From the NCBI RefSeq assembly GCF_009914755.1, contig NC_060933.1: a stretch of 64,000 bases of DNA; one strand, given 5' to 3'. Both the position numbers and the translations under genes were made by a program. This document shows positions 14,001-28,900 of this stretch, in pieces; position 1 is the stretch's first letter, and each line of letters opens with the position of its first letter. The stretch comes from the human T2T-CHM13v2.0 reference genome, Homo sapiens. The notes beneath the pieces are model-generated. The model saw only the letters and a list, made by a program, of their open reading frames with translations, was not told where the DNA came from and ran no database searches.

Positions 14001-17000
14001 TTCTATTTGGGTTAATTCCATTCCATTCCATTCGATTGCAATCGAGTTGATTCCATTCCATTCCATTCCATTCCTTTCCATTCCATTCCATTCCATTACA
14101 ATTCGTTCCATTCCATTCTATTCCGTACCATTCCATTCTATTCCATACCATTCCATTCCATTCCATTCCATTCCATTCCATTCCATTCCATTCCATTCCA
14201 TTCCTTTCTATTCCATTACGGATTATTCCATTCCATTGTATTCCATTCCATTCCATTCCCCTGCACTCGTGTTGATTCCATTCCATTCCATTGTATTCCA
14301 TTCCATTCCCTACCTTTGCGTTCCATTCCATTCCATTCCATTCCATTCCGTTCCGTTCCATTCCATTGCATTCCATTCTATTCGGGTTAATTCCATTCCA
14401 TTCCATTCGATTGCAATCGAGTTGATTCCATTCCATTCCATTCCATTACATTCCATTCCATTCCTTTCCATTCCATTACGGATGATTCCATTCCATTGCA
14501 TTCCATTCCATTCCATTCCCCTGTACTCGGGTTGATTCCATTCCATTCCATTCCAATCCATGTCATTCCACTCGTGTTGATTCCATTCTTTCCATTCCAT
14601 TCAAGTTGAATCCATTCCATTGCATTGCATTCCATTCGATTCCATTCGATTGCACTCGGGTTGATTCCATTCCATTCCATTCCATTCCATTCCATTCCAT
14701 TCCGTTCCATTCCATTCCATTACATTCGGATTGATTCTATTCAATTCCCTTACACTCCATTACATTCTATTCCATTCCGGTAGTTTCCATTCCATTCCAT
14801 TCCATTCCTCTCCATTCCATTGCACTCGGGTTGATTCCATTCCATTGCATTCCATTCCATTCCATTCAATTCCATTCCGTTCCATTCCATTCCATTTCAT
14901 TCGGATTGATTCTATTCAACTCCCTTACTCTACATTACATTCCATTCGATTCGGGCTGTTCCATTCCATTCCATTCCATTCCACTCCATTCCATTGCATC
15001 CGGGTTTATTCCATTCCATTCCATTCCATTCCATTCCATTCCATTCCATTCCGGAAGATTCCATTCCATTGCATTCCATTCCATTCCATTCCCCTGCACT
15101 CACGTTGATTCCATTCCATTCCATTCCATTCCATTCCATTCCATTGCATTCCATTCCATTCCATTCCTTTCCGTTCCATTCCATTCCATTCCATTCCATT
15201 CCATTCCGTTCCGTTCCATTCCATTCCATTCCATTCTATTCGGGTTAATTCCATTCCATTCCTTTCGATTGCAATCGAGTTGATTCCATTCCATTCCATT
15301 CCATTCCATTCCATTCCATTCCTTTCCATTCCATTACGGATGATTCCATTCCATTGCATTCCATTCCATTCCATTCCCCTGTACTCGGGTTCATTCCATT
15401 CCATTCCATTCCAATCCATGCCATTTCACTCGTGTTGATTCCATTCTTTCCATTCAATTCATGTTGAATCCATTCCATTGCATTCCATTCCATTCCATTT
15501 CCCTGCAGTCGGGTTGATTCCATTCCATTCCATTCCATTCCATTCCATTCCATTCCATTCCGTTCCGTTCCGTTCCATGCCATTCCATTCCATTCTATTC
15601 GGGTTAATTCCATTCCATTCCATTCCATTCCATTCCATTCCATTCCAATCGAGTTCATTCCATTCCATGCCATTCCATTCCATTCCATTCCACTCCATTC
15701 CAGTCCTTTCCATTCCATTCCACTCGGGTTGATTCCAATGTATTCCTTTCCATTCCATTCCATTCCATTGCAATCGAGTTGATTCCATTGCTTTGCATTC
15801 CATTCCATTCCATTCCATTCCGGATGATTCCATTCCATTGCATTCCATTCCATTCCACTCCCCTGCACTCGGGTTGATTCCATTCCATTCCACTCCATTC
15901 CGTTACTTTCCATTCCATTCCATTGTATTCGGGTTAATTCCATTCCATTCCATTCCATTCCATTCCATTCCATTCCATTACAATCGAGTTGATTCCATTC
16001 CATTCCATTCCATTCCAGTCCTTTCCATTCCATTCCAATCGGGTTGATTCCATTCTATTAGTTTCCATTCCATTCCATTCCCTTCCATTCCACTCTGGTT
16101 GATTCCATTCCTTTCCATTCCACTCGAATACATTCCCTCCTATTCCACTCGGAACGATTCCATTCCATTCCATTCCATTCCATTCCATTCCATTCCATTC
16201 CATTCCATTTCGTTCCATTCCATTCTATTCCGTATCATTCCATTCCATTCCATTCCATTCCATTCCATTCCATTCCACTCGTGTTGATTCCATTCCTTTC
16301 CATTCCATTCGGTTTGAAGGCATTCCATTCCATTCCATTCCATTCCATTCCATTCCATTGTACTCTGGTTGATTGCATTCCATTGCATTCCATTCCATTC
16401 CATTCCGTTGCATTCCATTGCATTACATTCGGATTGATTCTATTCAACTCCCTTACATTCCATTACATTCCATTCCATTCGTGTTGTTCCATTCCATTCC
16501 ATTCCATTCCACTCCATTCCATTGCACTCGGGTTGATTTCATTCCATTCCATTCCATTCCATTCCATTCCATTCCGGATGATTCCATTCCATTGCATTCC
16601 GTTCCATTACATTCCCCTGCACTCGCGTTGATTGCATTCCATTCCATTCAATTCCATTCCATTACAATTCGTTACATTCCATTCTATTCCGTACCATTCC
16701 ATTCCATTCCATACCATTCCATTCCATTCCATTCCATTCCATTCCGTTCCATTCCGTTCCATTGCATTCCATTCCATTCTATTCGTGTTCATTCCATTCC
16801 ATTCCATTCCATTCTATTCCATTCCATTTCAATCGAGTTGAATCCATTGCATTTCTTTCCATTCCATTCCATTCCATTCCATTCCGGAAGATTCCATTCC
16901 ATTGCATTCCATTCCATTCCATTCCCCTGCACTCGCGTTGATTCCATTCCATTCCATTCCATTCCATTCCGTTCCGTTCCATTCCATTCCATTCCATTCC

Positions 17001-17440
17001 ATTCCATTCCATTCCATTCCGTTCCTTTCCATTCCATTCCATTCCATTCTATTCGGGTTAATTCCATTCCATTCCATTCGATTGCAATCGAGTTGATTCC
17101 ATTCCATTGCATTCCATTCCAATCGATTCCATTCGATTGCACTCGGGTTGGTTCCATTCCATTGCATTCCATTCCATTCCATTCCACTCCATTCCGTTCC
17201 ATTCCTTTCCATTACATTCGGATTGATTCTATTCAATTCCCTTACACTCCATTACATTCCATTCCATTCGGGTAGTTTCCACTCCATTCCATTCCATTTC
17301 TCTCCATTCCATTGCACTCGGGTTGATTCCATTCCATTGCATTCCATTCCATTCGGGTAGTTTCCACTCCATTCCATTCCATTCCTCTCCATTCCATTGC
17401 ACTCGGGTTGATTCCATACCATTGCATTCCATTCCATTCC
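8051..17440 (+). repeat. ~9.4 kb duplicated block, copy 1 (copy 2 at ~30856-40400)
   Basis: Near-identical ORF translations at offsets of 22815 (8555..8965/31370..31780), 22830 (11385..11834/34215..34664), 22950 (14731..15108/37681..38058) and 22960 (17148..17360/40108..40320). Confidence 0.93.
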
Positions 17441-18250
17441 ATTCCCCTGCAGTCGGGTTGTTTCCATTCCATTCCATTCCGTTCCGTTCCGTTCCATTCC
17501 ATTCCATTCCATTCTATTCGGGTTAATTCCATTCCATTCCATTCCATTCCATTCCATTCCATTCCATTCCATTCCAATCGAGTTGATTCCATTCCATTCC
17601 GTTCCATTCCATTCCGCTCCATTCCAGTCCTTTCCATTCCATTCCACTCGGGTTGATCCCAATGTATTCCTTTCCATTCCATTCCATTCCATTGCAATCG
17701 AGTTGATTCCATTGCTTTGCATTCCATTCCATTCCATTCCATTCCGGATGATTCCATTCCATTGCATTCCATTCCATTCCATTCCCCTGCACTCGGGTTG
17801 ATTCCATTCCATTCCACTCCATTCCGTTCCATTCCATTCCATTGCATTGTATTCAGGTTAATTCCATTCCATTCCATTCCATTCCATTCCATTCCATTCC
17901 ATTACAATCGAGTTGATTCCATTCCATTCCATTCCATTCCAGTCCTTTCCATTCCATTCCTCTCGGGTTGATTCCATTCTATTAGTTTCCATTCCATTCC
18001 ATTCCCTTCCATTCCACTCTGGTTGATTCCATTCCTTTCCATTCCACTCGAATACATTCCCTCCTATTCCACTCGGAACGATTCCATTCCATTCCATTCC
18101 ATTCCATTCATTTCGTTCCATTCCATTCTATTCCGTATCATTTCATTCCATTCCATTCCATTCCATTCCATTCCGTTCCATTCCATTCCATTGTACTCGG
18201 GTTGATTCAATTCCATTGCATTCCATTCCATTCCATTCCATTCCATTCCA
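17410..18250 (+). repeat. ~0.84 kb block duplicated at ~45930-46770
   Basis: Identical ORFs at a constant offset of 28519 (17523..17837/46042..46356; 17858..18121/46377..46640; 18023..18205/46542..46724). Shared private variants are GTTGATCCCAATG and ATTCAGGTTAA. Confidence 0.9.
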
Positions 18251-18739
18251 TTCAGTTGCTTTCCATTCCATTACATTCGGATTGATTCTATTCAACTCCC
18301 TTACTCTCCATTACATTCCATTCCATTCGGGTTGTTCCATTCCATTCCATTCCATTCCACACCATTCCATTGCACTCGGGTTGATTCCATTCCATTCCAT
18401 TCCATTCCATTCCATTCCGTATGATTCCATTCCTTTGCCTTCCGTTCCATTACATTCCCCTGCACTCGCGTTGATTCCATTCCATTCCATTCCATTCCAT
18501 TCAATTCCATTCCATTACAATTCGTTCCATTCCATTCTATTCCGTACCATTCCATTCCATTCCATACCATTCCATTCCATTCCATTCCATTCCATTCCAT
18601 TCCGTTCCATTCCGTTCCATTCCATTCCATTCCATTCTATTCGAATTAATTCCATTCCATTCCATTCCATTCCATTCTATTCCATTCCATTGCAATCGAG
18701 TTGAATCCATTGCATTTCATTCCATTCCATTCCATTCCA

Positions 18740-21700
18740 TTCCGGAAGATTCCATTCCATTGCATTCCATTCCATTCCATTCCCCAGCACTCGCGTTGAT
18801 TCCATTCCATTCCATTCCATTCCATTCCATTCCGGATGATTCCATTCCATTGAATTCCATTCCATTCCATTCCCCTGCACTTGGGTTGATTCCATTCCAT
18901 TCTATTCCATTCCTTTCTGTTCCATTCAATTCCATTCCATTCCATTCTATTCGTGTTAATTCCATTCCATTCTATTCCATTCCATTCCATTGAAATCGAG
19001 TTGATGCCATTCCATTCCATTCCATTCCATTCCATTCCATTCCATTCCATTCCATTCCGGATGATTCCATTCCATTGCATTCCATTCCATTCCATTCCCC
19101 TGCACTCGGGTTGATTCCATTCCATTCCATTCGATTACATTCCATTCCATTCCGTTCCATTTCATTCTATTCGTGTTAATTCCATTCCATTCCATTCCAC
19201 TCCATTCCAGTCCTTTCCATTCCATTCCACTCGTGTTGATTCCATTCTATTCCTTTCAATTCCGTTCCATTCCATTGCAATCGAGTTGATTCCATTCGAG
19301 TTGAATCCATTCCATTCCATTCCATTCCATTCCATTGCACACGGGTTCATTCCATTCCATTCCATTCCATTCCATTCCATTTCATTCTATTCCATTCTAT
19401 TCCATACCATTCCATTCCATCCCATTCCATTCCGTTCCATTCCATGCCATTACACTCGGGTTGATTCCATTCCTTTCCATTCCATTCTTGTTGAATCCAT
19501 TCCATTCCATTCCATTCCATTCGAATCCATTCCATTGCACTCGGGTTGATTCCATTCCATTCCATTCCATTCCATTTCATTCCATTCCATTCCATTACAT
19601 TCGGATTGATTCTATTCAATTCCCTTACACTCCATTACATTCCATTCCATTCGGGATGTTTCCATTCCATTCCATTCCATTCCACTCCATTCCATTGCAT
19701 CAGGTTGATTGCATTCCATTCCATTCCATTCCATTGCGGATGATTCCATTCCATTGCATTCCATTCCATTCCATTCCCCTGCACTCGGGTTGATTCCATT
19801 CCATTCCATTCCATTCCATTCCGTTCCATTCCATTCCATTCCATTCTATTCCGGTTAATTCCATTCCATTCCATTGGATTAAATTCCATTCCATTCCATT
19901 CCATTGCAATCGAGTTGATTCCATTCCTTTCCAGTCCATTCTGTTCCGGATGATTCCATTCCATTCCATTCCATTCCATTCCATTCCATTCCATTCCCCT
20001 GCAGTCGGGTTGATTCCATTCCATTCCATTCCATTCCATTCCATTCCGTTCAATTCCATTCCATTCCATTCTATTCGGGTTAATTCCATTCCATTCCATT
20101 CCAATCCATTCCATTCCATTCCAATCGAGTTGATTCCATTCCATTCCATTCCATTCCATTCGAATCCATTCCATTGCACTCGGGTTGATTCCATTCCATT
20201 CCATTCCATTCCATTTCATTCCATTCCATTCCATTACATTCGGATTGATTCTATTCAATTCCCTTACAGTCCATTACATTCCATTCCATTCGGGATGTTT
20301 CCATTCCATTCCATTCCATTCCACTCCATTCCATTGCATCAGGTTGATTGCATTCCATTCCATTCCATTCCATTCCGGATGATTCCATTCCATTGCATTC
20401 CATTCCATTCCATTCCCCTGCACTCGGGTTTATTCCATTCCATTCCATTCCATTCCATTCGATTCCATTCCATTCCGTTCCATTCCATTCCATTCCATTC
20501 TATTCCGGTTAATTCCATTCCATTCCATTCGATTAAATTCCATTCCATTCCATTCCATTGCAATCGAGTTGATTCCATTCCATTCCAGTCCATTCCGTTC
20601 CGGATGATTCCATTCCATTCCATTCCATTCCATTCCATTCCCCTGCAGTCGGGTTGATTCCATTCCATTCCATTCCATTCCATTCCATTCCATTCCATTC
20701 CGTTCAATTCCATTCCATTCCATTCTATTCGGGTTAATTCCATTCCATTCCATTCCATTCCATTCCATTCCATTCCATTCCAATCGAGTTGATTCCATTC
20801 CATTCCATTCCATTCCATTCTATTCCATTCCATTGCAATCGAGTTGACTCCATTGCCTTTCATTCCATTCCATTCCATTCCATTGCATTCCGGAAGTTTC
20901 CATTCCATTGCATTCCATTCCATTCCATTCCCCTGCACTCGCGTTGATTCCATTCCATTCCATTCCATTCCATTCCGTTCCGTTCCATTCCATACCATTC
21001 CATTCTATTCGGGTTGACTCCATTCCATTCCATTCGACTGCCATCGAGTTGATTCCATTCCATTCCATTCCATTCCATTCCTTTCCATTCCATTACGGAT
21101 GACTCCATTCCATTGCATTCCATTCCATTCCATTCCCCTGTACTCGGGTTGATTCCATTCCATTCCATTCCACTCCATTCGGTTCCATTGCATTCCATTC
21201 TATTGCATTCCATTCTATTCGGGTTAATTCCATTCCATTCTATTGCATTCCATTCCATTCCATTCCATTCCATTGCAATGGAGTTGATTCCATTCCATTC
21301 CACTCCATTCCGGAAGATTCCATTCCATTGCATTCCATTCCATTCCATTCCCCTGCACTCGCGTTGATTCCATTCCATTCCATTCCATTCCATTCCATTC
21401 CATTCCGGATGATTCCATTCCATTGAATTCCATTCCATTCCATTCCCCTGCACTTGGGTTGATTCCATTCCATTCCATTCCATTCCTTTCTGTTCCATTC
21501 AATTCCATTCCATTCCATTCTATTCGTGTTAATTCCATTCCATTCTATTCCATTCCATTCCATTGAAATCGAGTTGATTCCATTCCATTCCATTCCATTC
21601 CATTCCGGATGATTCCATTCCATTGCATTCCATTCCATTCCATTCCCCTGCACTCGGGTTGATTCCATTCCATTCCATTCCATTACATTCCATTCCATTC

Positions 21701-23330
21701 CGTTCCATTTCATTCTATTCGTGTTAATTCCATTCCATTCCATTCCACTCCATTCCAGTCCTTTCCATTCCTTTCCACTCGGGTTGATTCCATTCTATTC
21801 CTTTCAATTCCATTCCATTCCATTGCAATCGAGTTGATTCCATTCGAGTTGAATCCATTCCATTCCATTCCATTCCATTCCATTCCATTCCATTGCACAC
21901 GGGTTCATTCCATTCCATTCCATTCCATTCCATTTCATTCTATTCCATTCTATTCCATACCATTCCATTCCATCCCATTCCATTCCGTTCCATTCCATGC
22001 CATTACACTCGGGTTGATTCCATTCCTTTCCATTCCATTCTTGTTGAATCCATTCCATTCCATTCCATTCCATTCGAATCCATTCCATTGCACTCGGGTT
22101 GATTCCATTCCATTCCATTCCATTCCATTTCATTCCATTCCATTCCATTACATTCGGATTGATTCTATTCAATTCCCTTACACTCCATTACATTCCATTC
22201 CATTCGGGATGTTTCCATTCCATTCCATTCCATTCCACTCCATTCCATTGCATCAGGTTGATTGCATTCCCTTCCATTCCATTCCATTCCGGATGATTCC
22301 ATTCCATTGCATTCCATTCCATTCCATTCCCCTGCACTCGGATTGATTCCATTCCATTCCATTCCATTCCATTCCATTCCGTTCCATTCCATTCCATTCC
22401 ATTCTATTCCGGTTAATTCCATTCCATTCCATTCGATTAAATTCCATTCCATTCCATTCCATTGCAATCGAGTTGATTCCATTCCATTCCAGTCCATTCC
22501 GCTCCGGATGATTCCATTCCATTCCATTCCATTCCATTCCATTCCATTCCATTCCATTCCCCTGCAGTCGGGTTGATTCCATTCCATTCCATTCCATTCC
22601 ATTCCATTCCATTCCATTCCATTCCATTCCATTCCATTCCTTTCAATTCCATTCCATTCCATTCCATTCCAATCGAGTTGATTCCATTCCATTCCATTCC
22701 ATTCCATTCCATTCCATTCTATTCCATTCCATTGCAATCGAGTTGAATCCATTGCCTTTCATTCCATTCCATTCCATTCCATTCCATTCCGGAAGATTCC
22801 ATTCCATTGCATTCCATTCCATTCCATTCCCCTGCACTCGCGTTAATTCCATTCCATTCCATTCCATTCCATTCCGTTCTGTTCCATTCCATTCCATTCC
22901 ATTCCATTCCATTCCATTCCATTCCATTCCGTTCCATTCCATTCCATTCCATTCTATTCGGGTTGATTCCATTCCATTCCATTCGACTGCCATCGAGTTG
23001 ATTCCATTCCATTCCATTCCATTCCATTCCATTCCATTCCATTCCATTCCATTCCATTCCTTTCCATTCCATTACGGATGACTCCATTCCATTTCATTCC
23101 ATTCCATTCCATTCCCCTGTACTCGGGTTGATTCCATTCCATTCCATTCCCCTGTACTCGGGTTGATTCCATTCCATTCCATTCCACTCCATTCGGTTCC
23201 GTTGCATTCCATTCTATTGCATTCCATTCTATTTGGGTTAATTCCATTCCATTCTATTCCATTCCATTCCATTCCATTCCATTGCAATGGAGTTGATTCC
23301 ATTCCATTCCATTCCATTCCGGATGATTCC
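18740..23330 (+). repeat. Local tandem duplication of a ~1.9-2.0 kb unit (18740-21310; 21310-23330), the first copy lengthened by an internal 639 bp duplication
   Basis: Offsets of ~2553-2573 before the internal duplication (19546..19743/22099..22296) and ~1949 after it (CGACTGCCATCGAG at 21035/22984). Confidence 0.82.
19500..20800 (+). repeat. ~639 bp tandem duplication
   Basis: ORFs 19546..19743 and 20185..20382 are nearly identical. TCGAATCC lies at 19521/20160 and TCGGGATGTTTCC at 19651/20290. Confidence 0.88.
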
Positions 23331-23459
23331 ATTCCATTGCATTCCATTCCATTCCCTTCCCCTGCACTCGTGTTGATCCCATTCGCTTCCATTCCATTCC
23401 ATTCCGTTCCATTCCATTCCATTCCATTCTATTCCGGTTAATTCCATTCCATTCCATTC

Positions 23460-25960
23460 CATTCCATTCCATTCCATTCCATTGCAATCGAGTTGATTCC
23501 ATTCCATTCCTTTCCATTCCATTCCATTGTCTTGCATTCCACTCGGGTTGATTCCATTCCCTTCTTTCCACTCCATTACATTCCCTTCCATTCCACTCGG
23601 AATGATTGATTCCATTCCATTCCATTCCATTCCATTCCATTGCAATCCATTCCAATCCATTCCATTCCATTCCATTCCACTCGAGTTGACTTCATTCCAT
23701 TCCTTTCCATTCCATTCCATTCCTTTCCACTCGAGTTGATTCCATTCCATTCCATTCCTTTGCATTCCATTCCATGCCATTCCACTCGGGTTGATTCCAT
23801 TCCTTTGCATTCCATTCCATTCCATTCCATTCCATTCCATTCCATTCCATTCCATTCCGTTGCATTCCATTCCATTACATTCGGATTGATTCTATTCAAC
23901 TCCCTTACTGTCCATTACATTCCATTCCATTCGGGTTGTTCCATTCCATTCCATTCCATTCCACTCCATTCCATTGCACTCGGGTTGATTCCATTCCATT
24001 CCATTCCATTCCATTCCATTCCATTCCATTCCATTCCATTCCGGATGATTCCATTCCATTGCATTCCGTTCCATTACATTCCCCTGCACTCGCGTTGATT
24101 CCATTCCATTCCATTCCATTCTATTCAATTCCATTCCATTACAATTCGTTCCATTCCATTCTATTCCGTACCATTCCATTCCATTCCATACCATTCCATT
24201 CCATTCCATTCCATTCCATTCCGTTCCATTCCGTTCCATTCCATTCCATTCTATTCGGGGTAATTCCATTCCATTCCATTCCATTCCATTCTATTCCATT
24301 CCATTGCAATCGAGTTGAATCCATTGCATTTCATTCCATTCCATTCCATTCCTTTCCGGAACATTCCATTCCATTGCATTCCAATCCATTGCATTTCCCT
24401 GCACTCGCGTTGCTTCCATTCCATTCCATTCCATTCCATTCCATTCCGTTCCGTTCCGTTCCATTCCATTCCATTCCATTCCATTCCATTCCATTCCGTT
24501 CCGTTCCATTCCATTCCATTCCATTCTATTCGGGTTAATTCCATTCCATTCCATTCGATTGCAATCGAGTTGATTCCATTCCATTCCATTCCATTCCATT
24601 CCATTCCATTCCATTCCTTTCCATTCCATTACGGATGATTCCATTCCATTGCATTCCATTCCATTCCATTCCCCTGTACTCGGGTTCATTCCATTCCATT
24701 CCATTCCAATCCATGCCATTCCACTCGTGTTGATTCCATTCTTTCCAATCCATTCAAGTTGAATCCATTCCATTGCATTCCATTCCATTCCATTCCCCTG
24801 CAGTCGGGTTGATTCCATTCCATTCCATTCCATTCCGTTCCGTTCCATTCCATTCCATTCCATTCTATTCGGGTTAATTCCATTCCATTCCATTCCATTC
24901 CATTCCATTGCAATCGAGTTGATTCCATTCCATTCCATTCCATTCCATTCCACTCCATTCCAGTCCTTTCCATTCCATTCCACTCGGGTTGATTCCAATG
25001 TATTCCATTCCATTCTATTCCATTCCATTGCAATCGAGTTGAATCCATTGCCTTTCATTCCATTCCATTCCATTCCATTCCATTCCGTTCCGTTCCATTC
25101 CATTCCATTCCATTCCATTCCCTTCCATTCCATTCCATTCCATTGCAATCGAGTTGATTCCATTCCATTCCTTTCCATTCCATTCCATTGTCTTGCATTC
25201 CACTCGGGTTGATTCCATTCCCTTCTTTCCACTCCATTACATTCCCTTCCATTCCACTCGGAATGATTGATTCCATTCCATTCCATTCCATTCCATTCCA
25301 TTGCAATCCATTCCAATCCATTCCATTCCATTCCATTCCACTCGAGTTGACTTCATTCCATTCCTTTCCATTCCATTCCATTCCTTTCCACTCGAGTTGA
25401 TTCCATTCCATTCCATTCCTTTGCATTCCATTCCATGCCATTCCACTCGGGTTGATTCCATTCCTTTGCATTCCATTCCATTCCATTCCATTCCATTCCA
25501 TTCCATTCCATTCCGTTGCATTCCATTCCATTACATTCGGATTGATTCTATTCAACTCCCTTACTGTCCATTACATTCCATTCCATTCGGGTTGTTCCAT
25601 TCCATTCCATTCCATTCCACACCATTCCATTGCACTCGGATTGATTCCATTGCATTCCATTCCATTCCATTCCATTCCATTCCGGATGATTCCATTCCAT
25701 TGCATTCCGTTCCATTACATTCCCCTGCACTCGCGTTGATTCCATTCCATTCAATTCCATTCCGTTCAATTCCATTCCATTACAATTCGTTCCATTCCAT
25801 TCTATTCCGTACCATTCCATTCCATTCCATACCATTCCATTCCATTCCATGCCATTCCATTCCGTTCCATTCCGTTCCATTCCATTCCATTCCATTCTAT
25901 TCGGGTTAATTCCATTCCATTCCATTCCATTCCATTCCATTCTCTTCCATTCCATTGCAA
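23460..25960 (+). repeat. Module repeated at 1661 bp spacing (~23460-24310 and ~25120-25960)
   Basis: Identical ORFs 23527..23739 and 25188..25400. Shared variants are TTGTCTTGC, GAGTTGACTTC and CTTACTGTCC. Confidence 0.85.
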
Positions 25961-28900
25961 TCGAGTTGAATCCATTGCATTTCATTCCATTCCATTCCAT
26001 TCCATTCCGGAAGATTCCATTCCATTGCATTCCATTCCATTCCATTCCCCTGCACTCGCGTTGATTCCATTCCATTCCATTCCATTCCATTCCATTCGAT
26101 TCCATTCCGTTCCGTTCCATTCCATTCCATTCCATTCCATTCCATTCCATTCCGTTCCGTTCCATTCCATTCCATTCCATTCTATTCGGGTTAATTCCAT
26201 TCCATTCCATTCGATTGCAATCGAGTTGATTACATTCCATTCCATTCCATTCCATTCCTTTCCATTTCATTCCTTTCCATTCCAATACGGATGATTCCAT
26301 TCCATTGCATTCCATTCCATTCCATTCCCCTGTACTCGGGTTGTTTCCATTCCATTCCATTCCAATCCATGCCATTCCACTCGTGTTGATTCCATTCTTT
26401 CCATTCCATTCAAGTTGAATCCATTCCATTGCATTCCATTCCATTTGATTCCATTCGATTGCACTCGGGTTGATTCCATTCCATTACATTCCATTCCATT
26501 CCATTCCGTTCCGTTCCATTCCATTCCATTCCATTCCATTCCATTCCGTTCCGTTCCTTTCCATTCCATTCCATTCTATTCGGGTTAATTCCATTGCATT
26601 CCATTCGATTGCCATCGAGTTGATTCCATTCCATTCCATTCCATTCCATTCCATTCCATTCCATTCCTTTCCATTCCATTACGGATGACTCCATTCCATT
26701 GCATTCCATTCCATTCCATTCCCCTGTACTCGGGTTGATTCCATTCCATTCCATTCCTCTCCATTCGGTTCCGTTGCATTCCATTCTATTGCATTCCATT
26801 CTATTCGGGTTAATTGCATTCCATTCTATTCCATTCCATTCCATTCCATTCCATTGCAATGGAGTTTATTCCATTCCATTCCATTCCATTCTGGATGATT
26901 CCATTCCATTGCATTCCATTCCATTCCATTCCCCTGCACTCGTGTTGATTCCATTCCCTTCCATTCCATTCCATTCCGTTCCATTCCATTCCATTCCATT
27001 CTATTCCGGTTAATTCCATTCCATTCCATTCCATTCCATTCCATTCCATTCCATTGCAATCGAGTTGTTTCCATTCCATTCCTTTCCATTCCATTCCATT
27101 GCCTTGCATTCCACTCGGGTTGATTCCATTCCCTTCTTTCCACTCCATTACATTCCCTTCCATTCCACTCGGAATGATTGATTCCATTCCATTCCATTCC
27201 ATTTCATTCCATTGCAATCCATTCCAATCCATTCCATTCCATTCCATTCCACTCGAGTTGACTTCATTCCATTCCTTTCCATTCCATTCCATTCCTTTCC
27301 ACTCGAGTTGATTCCATTCCATTCCAATCCATTGCATTCCATTCCATGCCATTCCACTCGGGTTGATTCCATTCCTTTGCATTCCATTCCATTCCATTCC
27401 ATTGCATTCCATTCCATTCCATTCCGTTGCATTCCATTCCATTACATTCGGATTGATTCTATTCAACTCCCTTACTCTCCATTACATTCCATTCCATTCG
27501 GGTTGTTCCATTCCATTCCATTCCATTCCATTCCGTTCCATTCCATTCCATTCCATTCCATTCTATTCGGGTTAATTCCATTCCATTCCATTCGATTGCA
27601 ATCGTGTTGATTCCATTCCATTCCATTCCATTCCATTCCATTCCATTCCATTCCATTCCATTCCATTCCGGATGATTCCATTCCATTGCATTCCATTCCA
27701 TTCCATTCCCCTGTACTCGGGTTGATTCCATTCCATTGCATTCCAATCCATGCCCTTCCACTCGTGTTGATTCCATTCTTTCCATTCCATTCAAGTTGAA
27801 TCCATTCCATTGCATTCCATTCCATTCGATTCCATTCGATTGCACTCGGGTTGATTCCATTCCATTGCATTCCATTCCATTCCATTCCATTCCATTCCGT
27901 TCCATTACATTACATTACATTCGAATTGATTCTATTCAATTCCCTTACACTCCATTACATTCCATTCCATTCGGGTAGTTTCCATTCCTTTCCATTCCAT
28001 TCCTCTCCATTCCATTGCACTCGGGTTGATACCATTCCATTGCATTCCATTCCATTCCATTCAATTCCATTCCGTTCCATTCCATTCCATTACATTCGGA
28101 TTGATTCTATTCAACTCCCTTACTCTCCATTACATTCCATTCCGTTCGGGTTGCTCCATTGCATTCCATTCCATTCCACTCCATTCCATTGCACTCGGGT
28201 TTATTCCATTCCATTCCCTTCCATTCCATTCCATTCCATTCCATTCCGGAAGATTCCATTCCATTGCATTCCATTCCATTCCATTCCCCTGCTCTCGCGT
28301 TGATTCCATTCCATTCCATTCCATTCCATTCCAATCCATTCCATTCCTTTCCGTTGCATTCCATTCCATTCCATTCCATTCCATTCCATTCCATTCCATT
28401 CCGTACCGTTCCATTCCATTCCATTCCATTCCATTCTATTCGGGTTAATTCCATTCCATTCCATTCGATTGCAATCGAGTTGATTCCATTCCATTCCATT
28501 CCATTCCATTCCATTCCATTCCATTCCATTCCTTTCCTTTCCATTACGGATGATTCCATTCCATTGCATTCCATTCCATTCCATTCCCCTGTACTCGGGT
28601 TGATTCCATTCCATTCCATTCCAATCCATGCCATTCCACTCGTGTTGATTCCATTCTTTCCGTTCCATTCAAGTTGAATCCATTCCATTGCATTCCATTC
28701 CATTCCATTCCCCTGCAGTCGGGTTGATTCCATTCCATTCCATTCCATTCCATTCCATTCCATTCCATTCCGTTCCGTTCCGTTCCGTTCTCTTCCATTC
28801 CATTCCATTCTATTCGGGTTAATTCTATTCCATTCCATTCCATTCCATTCCAATCGAGTTGATTCCATTCCATTCCATTCCATTCCATTCCACTCCATTC

